Origin: Lingula anatina
Taxonomy: Eukaryota > Animalia > Brachiopoda
Assembly (NCBI GenBank): GCA_051362555.1
Contig: CM120649.1
Location: forward strand, 19,420,567 to 19,484,566
DNA: 64,000 nucleotides
Direction of reading: 5' to 3'
Part shown: positions 52,431-64,000 of the stretch, piece by piece
Layout: every line of letters begins with the position of its first letter
Numbering within the stretch: position 1 is the first letter of the stretch
Translations under genes and position numbers: made by a program
The notes under the pieces: generated by a model
Databases searched by the model: none
Told to the model about the DNA's origin: nothing
Seen by the model: only the letters and a program-made list of their open reading frames with translations

Positions 52431-55400
52431 TCCCTGTCACACAGAAATCAAATAAAGAGTAAACGACCCTTTATCTTAATATCTGCTACCAGTTGTATTA
52501 TTTATATAAAGATCTCTCATTTATTTATTTTAGATTGTACATATGCCATATTACTGTAAAATTAAATAATTGCTAGGTTATAACCGTCGTATAATATCAC
52601 ATACAATGTATGATGGGTTCAAGCTGAAACCAATAAAGTTTATTATTTTTATAAATTTTGTTGTTGTCTCTATGTGAATATACAAATTATATTTAATTTA
52701 TATATAGAAACTAAAGAAAATAAATGAAAATGTCGATAAGTTATGCCATAAAAATATCTGTTCAAGGAAGTTTGGGATGTGTGAAATACAGAAGCCATTT
52801 CAAGTGATAGGCTGTTGTAATTGCTATGATAAATACCTTATTCGCCCAATAGAGAAAAGAAATAGTGCTTCATCTTCCACCCAATAATAATAATTAGTAA
52901 TTATAACTCCCCCACGAAGGTCTATTTCTATGCCTACAAAGTTAACTTACTTGTATTTATGTAAACTACCTATATATTATCTACATAACTTGTAACTGCA
53001 CACTTTCACAAAATCGGCCTGGTATAAAAGAATGAATAAAGTTTCATAGTCACATATCTAAGGATTTTTTATTACACATGTAAAAAATGAACGTTCTTGC
53101 AATATTTGGATACTTTAAGGACAGTAAAAATTACGAGATTAACGACATCTAGAAGTCAAATTACAAAAATTGAGAAATTAATCAATTAAAACGAATGTAA
53201 AGCAAAATATTTCTTAAATAGTGAAATTGGTACCTTTGTTAAAGACCCTAACCGCCAAATGCTGATTCCTGCCAATGCAATACAGATGGAATTAGGGAAA
53301 CAGAAGATGCTATATGGAATTTGTATTGATAAATACCACATTAACGTACAATCATCGGATCATGGACATTACTTTTAACTACATGAAATAAATACATTTA
53401 CAAGCTGCACAGGTACATAGAATGTAACATAAATGCACATAAGCACAATGTTAATAGTTAGCTCCCGTTCTGTTTGACATGGTCTTAGAACAGAAACGAC
53501 CGAGTAAAGAAACCAAGCTTCCAAACATGTTTGCGCCGCTTGTGACGGGGATTTTATACGTTATTTGTTTTCTAACGAGTGCGTTTTCAACACAGGTAAT
53601 TTAATCATCCTAAACCATTCGATTCAATTGTTCACACAGGACAAAGGTAGGTAATCCATAGGCCGGGGCCTTTATCCACGTCTCCGTTGAACGCCCCCTG
53701 CACACACATAACGGTGTTCGTATGATTCACGTTCGGGGCAACGACGTGGGCGATCTGCGACCACGTGCATGTATGATTCAAGCAAATGTTCACAAATACC
53801 GAAGAGCATTAGCGTCTTCTGTAACACTTAATGTTGGGAAAATAATTGAAAGGAATTCTACACCGGGACAATGGTCACGCGAAGCGCTCTGGAATCCAGC
53901 GCGGCCCGTTAATACATCTTCTTCAGTGCCATGGACCGCGTACCGATAGCATATTTACGTAACATTATTTTATATATGACCTTTCTCTATTAATGACAGC
54001 TAAAAAGCTGTAATGAAAAATATTTGTGAGAAGATGGTGAATGGATCTTATGCAAATAAAAGGGGGGGGGGGGGGGGCTCTGTTAACAGAAAAAGTGTGC
54101 GAGAGAGAACTACTGTATTATATAAGAAGTTTTCTCAACAAAACAATGAAAAATACAATAAATATTTGTACAGTGTCAACTTTGAATTTTCCTTTCGTTA
54201 ATATGCTTTTGATGTGTCTTTACTACTTTGTATCCTTAAGCGCCTCCCCCTTATCATATTTGTTAAGAGTCGGGAATTCTGGAATACAATTGAATTCTGA
54301 ACGACATTTATGTGGATAATAAAACTAATGAAGATGTGAGAGTGAATGCGGGTATTGTAAGGTTATGTCTCGTCGCAATGAAACGGGGGTAATGACGCTA
54401 ATAAGTGACAGCTTCGACGCAAAAGCATACCGTATGATTGAAAAGAATAGCGTAGATTTTGTACCGGGCTTTCGAGCGGAAAATTAACACACGCTACCCT
54501 CAAAGACTAAAGACGAGAATCTTCTCCGTCATCTTTTCTTCTAATGATAATGGTGTTTATATTAATTTAACAATTTGTAATTTTCCGATATGAAAATGCA
54601 ATGGGGATTATTTAATCTCGTATCACCCACATATAATCAAGTTAAAAAAGGAAGATTAAAGTATAGATAAAATAGATAACGCAAGATTCTGTAGCAAACA
54701 CTTCAAACACTTTTCGCGTTTGTAAATGTTTGTTATCATTACCAATACAAGCCGTTCATTTCTTCACATTTTCACAAAATCATAACATTATAAACAGCTC
54801 ACAAAGTAACGCATATGATTTCCCATTGCAGTAGTTGTGATTGTAGTTGTTGCACGTGAACGCAATCCAAGAACGGTTTCCTTCTGTCAGTCGAGACCGA
54901 CACTGGCGAGAATAATCTTACATAAGAATCGCGAATGCTTTTTAAATTACTTAAACTATATTTGAATTCCCTGTTGAAATATGATTGCTAGACAAGTGGA
55001 TATATCAAGCATTTAATTCAAATATCAAGAAGAAGAAAACTTACAGAAATATGTTGAAATGCTCATTTTACTTCAGTTATAACTGAAAATGGTCCATAAC
55101 AATGTACACTCACTGCCAAAGTTGCTCTTCAAACTTATCTGCATGAATAAATGCTTTCTACCATAGTATACTGTATACATACTACCCGATTTAATGGTAC
55201 AAAATTACTTGTGATCTCTCTACTACAATATACATGTTTGATATTTCTTTTCCTGGTACAGATTGAAATGTGCCAACTTGTCTTAATCTTTCTTCTATTT
55301 ATGATACAATAAAATATTGCATGCATTTTCTGAGGAAAGCTGAAGAGTTTTAGGATTCATCAGCCCTCACATTTAGGAAGCAGTGCTTGGAAAATAGTGT

Positions 55401-58400
55401 TATAGTGTTGATGTAAAAAGCTTTTATCACTATTTCAAATAACAGATCCACAATATATCTGCTGCAGCACCTAACATGGTCTAGAGAGCCCGAGGCTTGT
55501 GGCTTCACAACGCGTGAAATATATACACACATAAGCAAGTTTGATATTTTAGTGAAAAACTTAAAAAAAAAAAAAAACTATCACATTTGACTGATTTTGA
55601 TACATACTACATGGAAGATCCAACCTGTCTCTAATCTCACTAATATTAAATATTCAGTGTCCCGAAGTAAATTAATGTATTTAAAAAACCTGTGTTAAAG
55701 TTGTGAATAAAGGCATCTACAAACCTTCATTACAAAGTATTACATAGAACATTGATACACAGGCATGCTTCAACTTTTACTTGAAGAACAGATATACTGA
55801 CAAAAAACACCCAATGCAGAATGAGAAAAACATACCTAATTGTCTATCAAATATAGCTTCAAACTTTACAGTCATGAATTATCTTGTGCATCAATTGTTG
55901 AGGTCACCTTGTGATCAAGACTAAACTGTTTAACCCGTGAAACTCATTTGGTTTTAATACAGCACATTTGTAAACTAAATGCACAATAATGTGGTTTCAA
56001 AAGCATCCAAACAAAATTAAAGATGACATGTACTAATGATTCCCTTCTTCAGTAATAATTAAATTGCAAACATATTGAATATGCAATAAGAGAATTTTCT
56101 TTCCAATATTAGGACTAAACATCACTTCAATGTCTGTACAGATTAAAATTATGAAGCAAAATATCTGGTCATGTGACATGTCATGTGACAAGGTAGAATG
56201 AGGTAAATATCTGCATGTGACCCATCATGTGATTCATCATGTGACATGGAAATCCTTGGAAATCACAGCAATTAAGTGATTGGGAGTATTCTGATGTTGA
56301 CTAAACTGTGACCTGTGCAGAGCGAAAAATTCGATTCTGATTCGATGTCTACTTTTTAAAAAGATTTTTGAGCTGTTCACTGTTAATAATAAATTTGGGC
56401 TAAGACTAAAATACTGAAACTATACTTTGGAGCTCTTTGATGCATAATTCTTTTCAAGATGATATGCATATTTCATAATTTTCATATAATTAATAGAATA
56501 ACCATTTTAATCAGCCAAGTACAAATTCTCCATAAGTGCAAAATGTTGTATTTCATCACATAACTCACTGTGCTACCCTGTTTTAAAATTCCAAACAATA
56601 TTGTTGTTGCATTACAACTATCTATACATTCTTTCTGTACATGTTACTAACATCTGACAATCAAGAATTAAATTAATGCGACTTCTCATTCAATGAATGA
56701 AAATGCTAAAACACTAATGGCTGTATCATATTTCCTAGGGTTGCCCTTCTACTTAGACTTAAGAAAACCAAAAGGTATTCATCTATATGCTTAAACCATG
56801 ATCTACTGTATACAATACATATAAAAGTAAGCACCCTACTTTGCTAAAATGACTAAAATGATACTTTGCAGCTATAATTGGATTACAGTAAAAAAAAAAA
56901 AAAAAAAAAAAAATCACCCGACATACAAAATTCAAGGCCTATCAGTAAAATTAAAAACAGATGTTTTCCATTTTATTTATCAAAACCCTAACATCTTTAA
57001 CCAGACTAAAAAGTCAATAATTAAATGTTAAACTAGAGAATCACTGAAGCACCTAAAAAGACTTTTTGAGGAAAAGCACTCATTACTTATATCCAATTTG
57101 AGGAGCAGCTTTTTACTTATGTCTAATTTGATGAGCAATACATTTACTAACATCTAATTTGGAATTAGTTTGCGATTATTTCACCACCATATTCAATCTC
57201 TCTCAAAAATGTGGGCATATAATTATATTACATTTTTCTGGTACACTAAACACAAAAAGTAAATAAGAAAACGAGCTCATTTTTACCCCCTTGTTTTTCA
57301 TTACAGTAATGACTGAAATTTCCTGCCGTGAGGATATTGTATTTTGCAGATGCAATCAAAAGTTCATTGCAGCTATTTTCCTTTCAAATTTTTAGGAAAT
57401 TGCTTCATTTTTTTGTTTCTAAGTATTGAAATTTTCCATGCCTCGATTAAACAGTTTGGCCTTAAGCAATCTAGGGAATTAAAGGGGGGAATAGAACATG
57501 ACAGATCTTACATACCATATCTTGACATAAAGAAAAAATTCCATTTCAAAATGGTGGCAGTACTATCTTTTTCTTGGTCATGAGAGACTTGGGGGGATCT
57601 TTTTTCTTGGTGGGTTATATTATGGCATAGGTGGGAAACAACTTTGGTAGGTGGGAGAGAAATCCCTTCTTCAAATATATTGGGAATATTCCTTTGTTCA
57701 ATGTGGGGAGTCTTTTTTTTCAATTTTCATACTGTATTTTTTACAAACTCTGCAATATTATAATCATAAAGTTGAGGCATTTTCTCACAGCCAACTTTCT
57801 GATTTTTTTTTTGGGGGGGGGGGTGGTGGTGGAGGGATAAACATTTAAAAAGATGAAAATACTTCTCCCTTAACTGCTGAAAAAAAGACTTGCATGTTAA
57901 AATATGTCTGATATGAAATTGAAATCCTAAGATACCATGTATATCCCCAGCAGTTGATATAGCCATATTGTTTATAAGATGGCACTGGACTACTTCTTTG
58001 ACCTAGAACTGCAATCACAACCCTTCTTACCAAATTTATCTATCTGAAGACTTCTTTACAAGAAACAAAAATGTAAAAATCGGAGATATGCTGAAATCTT
58101 GTCTGCTGTAGTATGTTGAAGATATATCATATTTTGTAGTTTATATGAATATATATGAATATAAATATAAAGTATTCATTTGGCATATCTATGTGTACCT
58201 TTTCCTCAAATGTCAACATGTCCATTCACAACACTGCCGAAATCTTCATATGATTAGTTTTTGTTACAAAAATTTTGTAAATGATGTGATCATTATAAGT
58301 CCTGCTCCTTGGTCTGACATTCACACAAAAAACTTTTCATAAACAATCCCGGACTCTTGTAATTCGTCACCCGCATCGAAAAAATAGTTCCATGATCCCA

Positions 58401-58843
58401 GTGTTACGAACTCCTCCTGTTTTACCTTCCACAATGTCAAATAAAAATATTGCAGAGGGGATAACTTCAAAATTTCTGTGCAGCGAAGAATCCTTTCCAG
58501 GTGAAAAATGAAACCCTCCATTTTTCTTTGCCTAATAAGCTGTTATCCATAAGAAATCCTTCACATTCGTAGGCACCTTGACTGTGCATGTAAAACCGTG
58601 GCCTTGGGGCTTAGTTATAGATACAACTGCTGGTAACTTCATGTCCAGTTAATGTCCACCTTTCTGGTCATTTTCTTAACAGTGTGCACATGGACTGAAC
58701 TGTACAAGTTTACATGTAGCTGTGACATCAGACAAAGCCATTAATGAAATAAAATGTCATACAATGAGAGTGCCACTTTTTTATACACATCTATTTATCT
58801 GTATATATACTATAAAATCAAATATGGGTCATCTGCTCCATTT

Positions 58844-59043
58844 TCATCCATTTACCCATAATACAGCAGCAAAAGTCGTTGCAATAATGGAGGTGAGAGT
58901 AACGCGGAGCGCAAAGCTCTCTCCAGTGGGGCCTTTGGTCTCTGCGGCCCCAGGATTTGGCTTGTTATTCTTATTTATGGAGTCGTGCTGGCTGTTGTCT
59001 GATGATCCATCACCAAAGTCCCACTCTGGATTGGAGCTCTGGC
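58844..59043 (-). CDS. GPC5: Glypican-3/5-like last coding exon (GPI signal)
   Basis: Acceptor AATTCCAG|GC is in frame with the previous phase-1 donor. A polar spacer is followed by a hydrophobic C-terminus and TGA. Confidence 0.78.
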
Positions 59044-59197
59044 CTGGAATTGTGCAAGTTCTTTTAATTAACAGAAATTTCTTCACACTTAACATTTAGG
59101 TTTAAACTTTGATGGTTTTATCAAGATAAGTGTTCATAATGTAACTTAGCAAAGGAAATCTCTCAAAAATCCTTGTCTCACGACTTTCTTAAAACAC

Positions 59198-59256
<59 letters not shown>

Positions 59257-59824
59257 TGTACACACACACTTACCATCATTATCATTGTCACCCCCAAAAC
59301 CTGACCCAGACCCCTGCCCAAAGTCCTCGTCATCATTGAGAGCGCCGTCCCCACTCCCGGGGAAGTTGTCAGGGTAGTGGTTGTGTATGGCGACCACCCA
59401 CTGGTCAGCCTGCATACTGCTCTCCTTCTGGGCACTGCTCTCCAGTTGCTAAGAAACACACAGATTACGATTTTTAAATTTAATTTTGAACAAAATTGGT
59501 TGACTTACAAAGAAAATTCAAAATTAAAAATATGGTAATTGGCCTTATGTTTGTATAAAAGTTTTTAGCTTGCTTCATTCAGAATAAATAAATTAATAAC
59601 ATTTTGTGGTATAACAAGATATAGATAATTCATAATTTGATACAAACGTTGTAAATATTTTCAGAAACCAAATCATTCATCTTCAGCTTAACCCTACCTT
59701 TGCCATGTGCATCAGTTTGTCTTTCAGTGTAATCACAGTGGTAGTTCTTCCCTGGACTACGGTCATCTCGGGGTTAAACCTGACCTGTGCAATCAACCCC
59801 ACCTCTGTCACATTGCTGGTATAT
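58844..59824 (-). CDS. GPC5: Glypican-3/5-like (Dally subfamily) gene, 3' part only; exons 59698-59824, 59274-59448, 58844-59043; 5' exons lie beyond the window
   Basis: Three exons join in frame through GT-AG: YTSNVTEVGLIAQVRFNPEMTVVQGRTTTVITLKDKLMHMAK | QLESS...GSGDGALNDDEDFGQGSGSG... | GQSS...LRVTLTSIIATTFAAVLWVNG*. The NPE..V..DKL.H motif, the phase-0 intron right after it and the DDED/GSGDG segment resemble GPC3/GPC5. The subfamily call is by recognition, not alignment. Confidence 0.82.
59205..59252. repeat. (GA)n microsatellite in last intron of glypican-3/5
   Basis: Directly visible; reads (UC)n on the transcript, starting about 20 nt after the donor. Confidence 0.92.
59274..59448 (-). 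CDS. GPC5: Glypican-3/5-like penultimate exon (Ser-Gly GAG attachment region)
   Basis: Acceptor TGTGTTTCTTAG|CAA. Contains PGSGDG...DDEDFGQGSGSGFGGDNDND. Donor G|GTAAGT. 175 nt. Confidence 0.85.
59698..59824 (-). CDS. GPC5: Glypican-3/5-like antepenultimate exon (absent from the ORF track)
   Basis: Acceptor CTTCCAG|A, phase 2. Reads YTSNVTEVGLIAQVRFNPEM...KDKLMHMAK. Donor AAG|GTAGGG. 127 nt. Confidence 0.85.
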
Positions 59825-60093
59825 CTGGAAGTATGGGGAAGGTTTTATTACATTATCTTTGACTGGTGAAAAAGATTACTTTTCTGACTGATGGGAAAAA
59901 CAAAAATATTGTCTTGTCTTATGAATTACTGATCAAGATGTTCAAGCAAATAGTTTTAAACTCTCTGTTATTTTTAATCACACTACAAATATTCACACAT
60001 ATTTGGATTCTGTAAGTTCTTGAGGCCATCAAGGTGCAAGATGTTTGCTCAGTGAAGTTTATCACATTGCTTACTCATCTTTGTTCATACCAC

Positions 60094-60180
60094 CACATTG
60101 TCTCACCTAACACATCTGTCTCACCCAACACAACTCTCTTTCACCCAACACAAATGTCTGTCTCACCTAACACAATCTCT
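60094..60180. repeat. Degenerate minisatellite, reverse complement of the 20522 unit
   Basis: Four TCACCYAACACA cores. CACATTGTCTCACCTAACACA matches the reverse complement of the 20522 unit with one mismatch. Confidence 0.7.
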
Positions 60181-61501
60181 GCAACTCTCACATGGAAAGG
60201 ACACAATGTTCGTACTGACTTTGGTGTGTTTCAATTACAAAACAACTTGATCAGCTTGATTGGGCTATCAATCACATGTAAGCTGTAAGCAAAAGCTTTT
60301 ACGTAATTGATAAATCACTGATTAAAATCCCATTTTGGTGAAAATTTTCCTTGTTTTCAGATCTTAACAGACAAAATCTACACTGAAATGACTTCAAATT
60401 ACCCAAAAATTGAGAGCACATTTATCACTTCATAAAATAAATTATTTCAGAAAAATGGCTCTATAAAGTAGGTGAAGTACTTAGTAACTCAGTCCGTGTG
60501 AGTGATGTCCTGCCAAGACTAATGCTTGTTGCTATAGCAACCAGACTGAGTGCAGGCAGAGCTTTATTAAAAACATGCCAAAAAATCAAGCTTCATAATA
60601 ATAGTTGTATCATACACGTAGCTTTACTGTGTTGTTGTTTTGTAAGAAAAATGTTCCAATACTCCTATGTATTATAGTGAGTTAACTTTGACTAAATATG
60701 GAATATATCTATTTTAGTTTTCTCATCAGGAAAGGGATGTCTGATTAATAGCCAGTGATCAGCACTCTGAAGGTCAATGGGGAAAATTACATAGGGATGA
60801 ATGTACAGGAAAGAGTGGGTGCATTCAAAGATTTTTTTTTAAACAGAGGTCCAAAGGTTAATAGTGAATACCAAGCTATGAATTGATAATGTCTGCATCC
60901 CACAATGCACTGCTTGTCTCCCACAATGCATGCAGTGGCCCTATTAGGGACATGAAGTGATAAACAGGATGATAGTGACCAACTTTATATTCCTGTCTGC
61001 TTCGTTTCATAATGGCTGCTGAGGTCCAAAACTGTGTAAACAAAATAATTTAGTCCTGTTCCCAGTAAAGATAGGTTCGTCTACTTTAAGTGTGCCTCTC
61101 AAGCAAGGTTGTCAATATAACAATTGTTAAAATTTGTAATATGGGTACATGTTTTTTAACACAAAATATAACACCTTTAGAAAAAAAAAGATTATTGATA
61201 TGGAAAAATGCTGCAAAAAATACATTAAAGTAATCTGTAAAGTTCCCATCAATAAAACAGAAGATTTGGCTCTCTCCTAATGATTAGCCAACAGTGGGGT
61301 GTACTGAGTAAGGGTGACCTAAAGTGATTGAGAACGTGCCTGAAGAGATGAGTAATGTGCTGTCACCTATAATGCATGTCAGGCCAGCATTCTGGCTGTG
61401 TGGAGAGAATGGACTGGTTATTGTCTGGCTGACTGAACTGCCACCTGCTGAACACCACACAATATTATCACTTTATGAAAGTGTCTGAGCTGAATGACAA
61501 T

Positions 61502-61502
<1 letters not shown>

Positions 61503-61550
<48 letters not shown>

Positions 61551-61568
61551 GTGAGAGAGAGAGAGAGA
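61503..61568. repeat. Compound (CT)n(GT)n...(GA)n microsatellite
   Basis: Directly visible. Confidence 0.88.
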
Positions 61569-64000
61569 CTGAGACTCCGGTGTATATATTATCATTGCTT
61601 GCACAACATAACTGCCCTTGAACTATCTTCAATATCTTCAGGATAAATTCACATTCAAGTACTAAATTCAAGTACTAAAAGCCACATAAACCAGACCCCA
61701 AAACTCTTTTTGTTTGACAGGTAAAGGGAGACGTCCTAAAAATACCCCAAAACATTAAAAACATAATGAACAATGAGAGAAAGACTATCTGATAGGTTTC
61801 CTTGCAAAAATATTTTTTATTCCTCAATATATGAATATCATTTTGAAAATCAGGGACCTCTTTCTGTCTATCACAAAAAAATGCCTGATGGATGTCTGAA
61901 GGGATAGAAACACCTGATCTGGTGTCTAGCAGCTTGAAGCTAATTGAACTAGATTTTCCTCATCCCAGCGTTGTTTATGTTGGCTCCTTGAAGACAGGTG
62001 AAACACTTCCTCTGCAATAAAATACCCACTTGGTGCCCTAACAGCCACTGCCATCTATTTGTATCAGGACAGATCTTGTAAAAAGTCTGCTCTTTTTTTG
62101 TCCATGCAGTTTTAGCTCATTTAAAAAATATCTACACCTACCAGGTTATCACTGATAAGAAAATACTGCAAATCAATCAGTCATTCAAATCATTTGCACT
62201 GTTCAGGAAAAATAATCTATAAAAGTACCTTGATATAATATTGCTCTATATCTTACAGCTATCTCTGTTACAAATGTTGCCTCTATTCTCAACTAAGGGT
62301 GCTTAAAATGAAATATTTTCTATTTTAAACTAAGGCTCAACAGCCAATTGATACCAAAACTTATATATCTGTTAAAAATAAACAGCAGGTTTGTTTTGTT
62401 TATAAATTCACTTGTAAAAGAAACCCTTACGAGATGTATTAAACTTTTTTTAGAATGAAAACCAACTTCTTTCAACATGTGCATCTTAATTAAACTTTGC
62501 TGAAGGCAACAAATTTCTACAGCCACAGGTCTGCTCTTGTATTTTTGCAGATTTCCAGCTGCGATCAAGCACTTTGACATCAGTGCTCACCAGTTTGTTG
62601 TAATCTTTCATAATCTCTCGAGACAGTTGCCCTTTTCAGGGCCAGCTGAGCTCTTCTTCTTACATATTTCTTCAATGGCTTCTTCTCAGCAAGGGATATA
62701 ATCCAACACTAACTTCAAACACTCGTATTTGTAAATTTTTCCTAGCAGGCATTTTCTGTTTTAGAAACTTTAAAAATTGAGCATCATAAGGAATCTTCAT
62801 CACCTGGGTAAATAATGTTAAGGTTAGCCATGTACTCCGCAGTATAAATCAATAGTACTAAGATACATATCCAGTATGATCTATGATCAAAAGATGAAGA
62901 GAGAGAGAGAGAGATCATGGAAAGACGATTTCTTATTCTTTACAACCAACAGTATATAGCAATATACTTTAAGTGCCATCATTTTATTGCACTCCTTTTT
63001 TTTGGCTGCTAAAGAATTCACATTCTATCAATTATTTGCTCCTAATACACATTTTCAAAACACTCCAAACTACATTTATAAAGGTCATGTAATCTTTATT
63101 CTTGGATAAATTTCCCTTAGAAAGAAATTCCCTTGGAAAGAAATTTTCATCGGAGGCAAAAATCATGAAAGTTGTCTTTGGTAATAGGCCTACTCAAGCA
63201 GTAATCAATAGACTGCGTTGAGATCTCAGTTCAATATTGCATTAGATAGCTGTCAATGCGAGAAACCTGTCCCAGCATCTATCACATCATTCTTCATGTT
63301 TGACAATTAATTTCATTAGTTGATATGAGTGTTCTGAGGATGCCTCAAGACTGCTGGTTTAAACTGCAGTGATTTGGAAAGAAAAAATCAATCTTATTCA
63401 GGGTTTTCTCTTGCACAAGTTGATTATTTATGGAAAGAAAGAAAGACTGCTATCCAAGGTATTATTATATTATGACACTGTGCATCAAACAATGTTTGAA
63501 GAAATATCTAACATTCCAAACAGGTTTACCTTTATCAAAATTTAAATAAAATGTTAAGAAGCGCGCGTGAGGGAGAAGGGAGAGCAGAGGTTTTTCATGT
63601 TTTGCTACACATCTCCACCAGAAGATAAATGGCAGCAATCATACCTCTTTTTACCTCTTTTTTCATCCCAGTCAATTTCCTCTCTAATTTCACCTGCTAC
63701 GTAATATTGCCACCAGTTGATGAAAGACGGAGAAATTAATTTCACCTTTACTTCAAGAACATTTTTTCTGCTCTTTACGCTTAACCTAATGGGGCACCAC
63801 TTAGTACGATACTGCTGCACCGAAGTAGAATTAATTTCCCAAATTTACAAACTACAAACTTCTGTTTCCTCACTCATCTTGATCATCTCCTCACTATAAG
63901 AAATTAATATCGTTTTTATAATCCAATGAGAACTGATAACTTTATTTTGCTTTTTTGATTGATATGGTGTGTAAAATCTCTTCCATCTGGATTCAAGTGA

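Noticed and set aside
59825-64000. A further GPC3/5 exon (expected to contain CWNG) in this interval
   Set aside because: I found no such motif with splice sites by eye. The near match at ~63512 does not encode CWNG, so I treat the interval as intron.

Overview
This is AT-rich animal genomic DNA with GT-AG spliceosomal introns. The repeat types suggest an invertebrate, possibly a mollusc or other lophotrochozoan, but that is inference. The window holds one complete 8-exon glypican of the GPC1/2/4/6 (Dally-like) subfamily on the minus strand (CDS 7599-51470, 1803 nt by my exon arithmetic, 600 aa). It has a signal peptide, the 14 conserved Cys, an RRKR furin site, a Ser-Gly GAG cluster and a GPI signal. 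About 7.4 kb upstream and in the same orientation lie the last three coding exons of a second glypican of the GPC3/5 (Dally) subfamily (58844-59824). This is the same head-to-tail order as vertebrate GPC3-GPC4 and GPC5-GPC6. Other features are a partially duplicated Helentron/HINE-like element (691-3702), two inverted copies of a TTA-TSD MITE bracketing exons 2-5, a MITE with a 5-bp TSD, several mini- and microsatellites, and many RFX X-box-like palindromes. I cannot demonstrate a wholly new system from sequence alone. The best leads are the compact glypican pair with possible shared regulation, a fused exon 6/7, and a possible MITE-driven circRNA.
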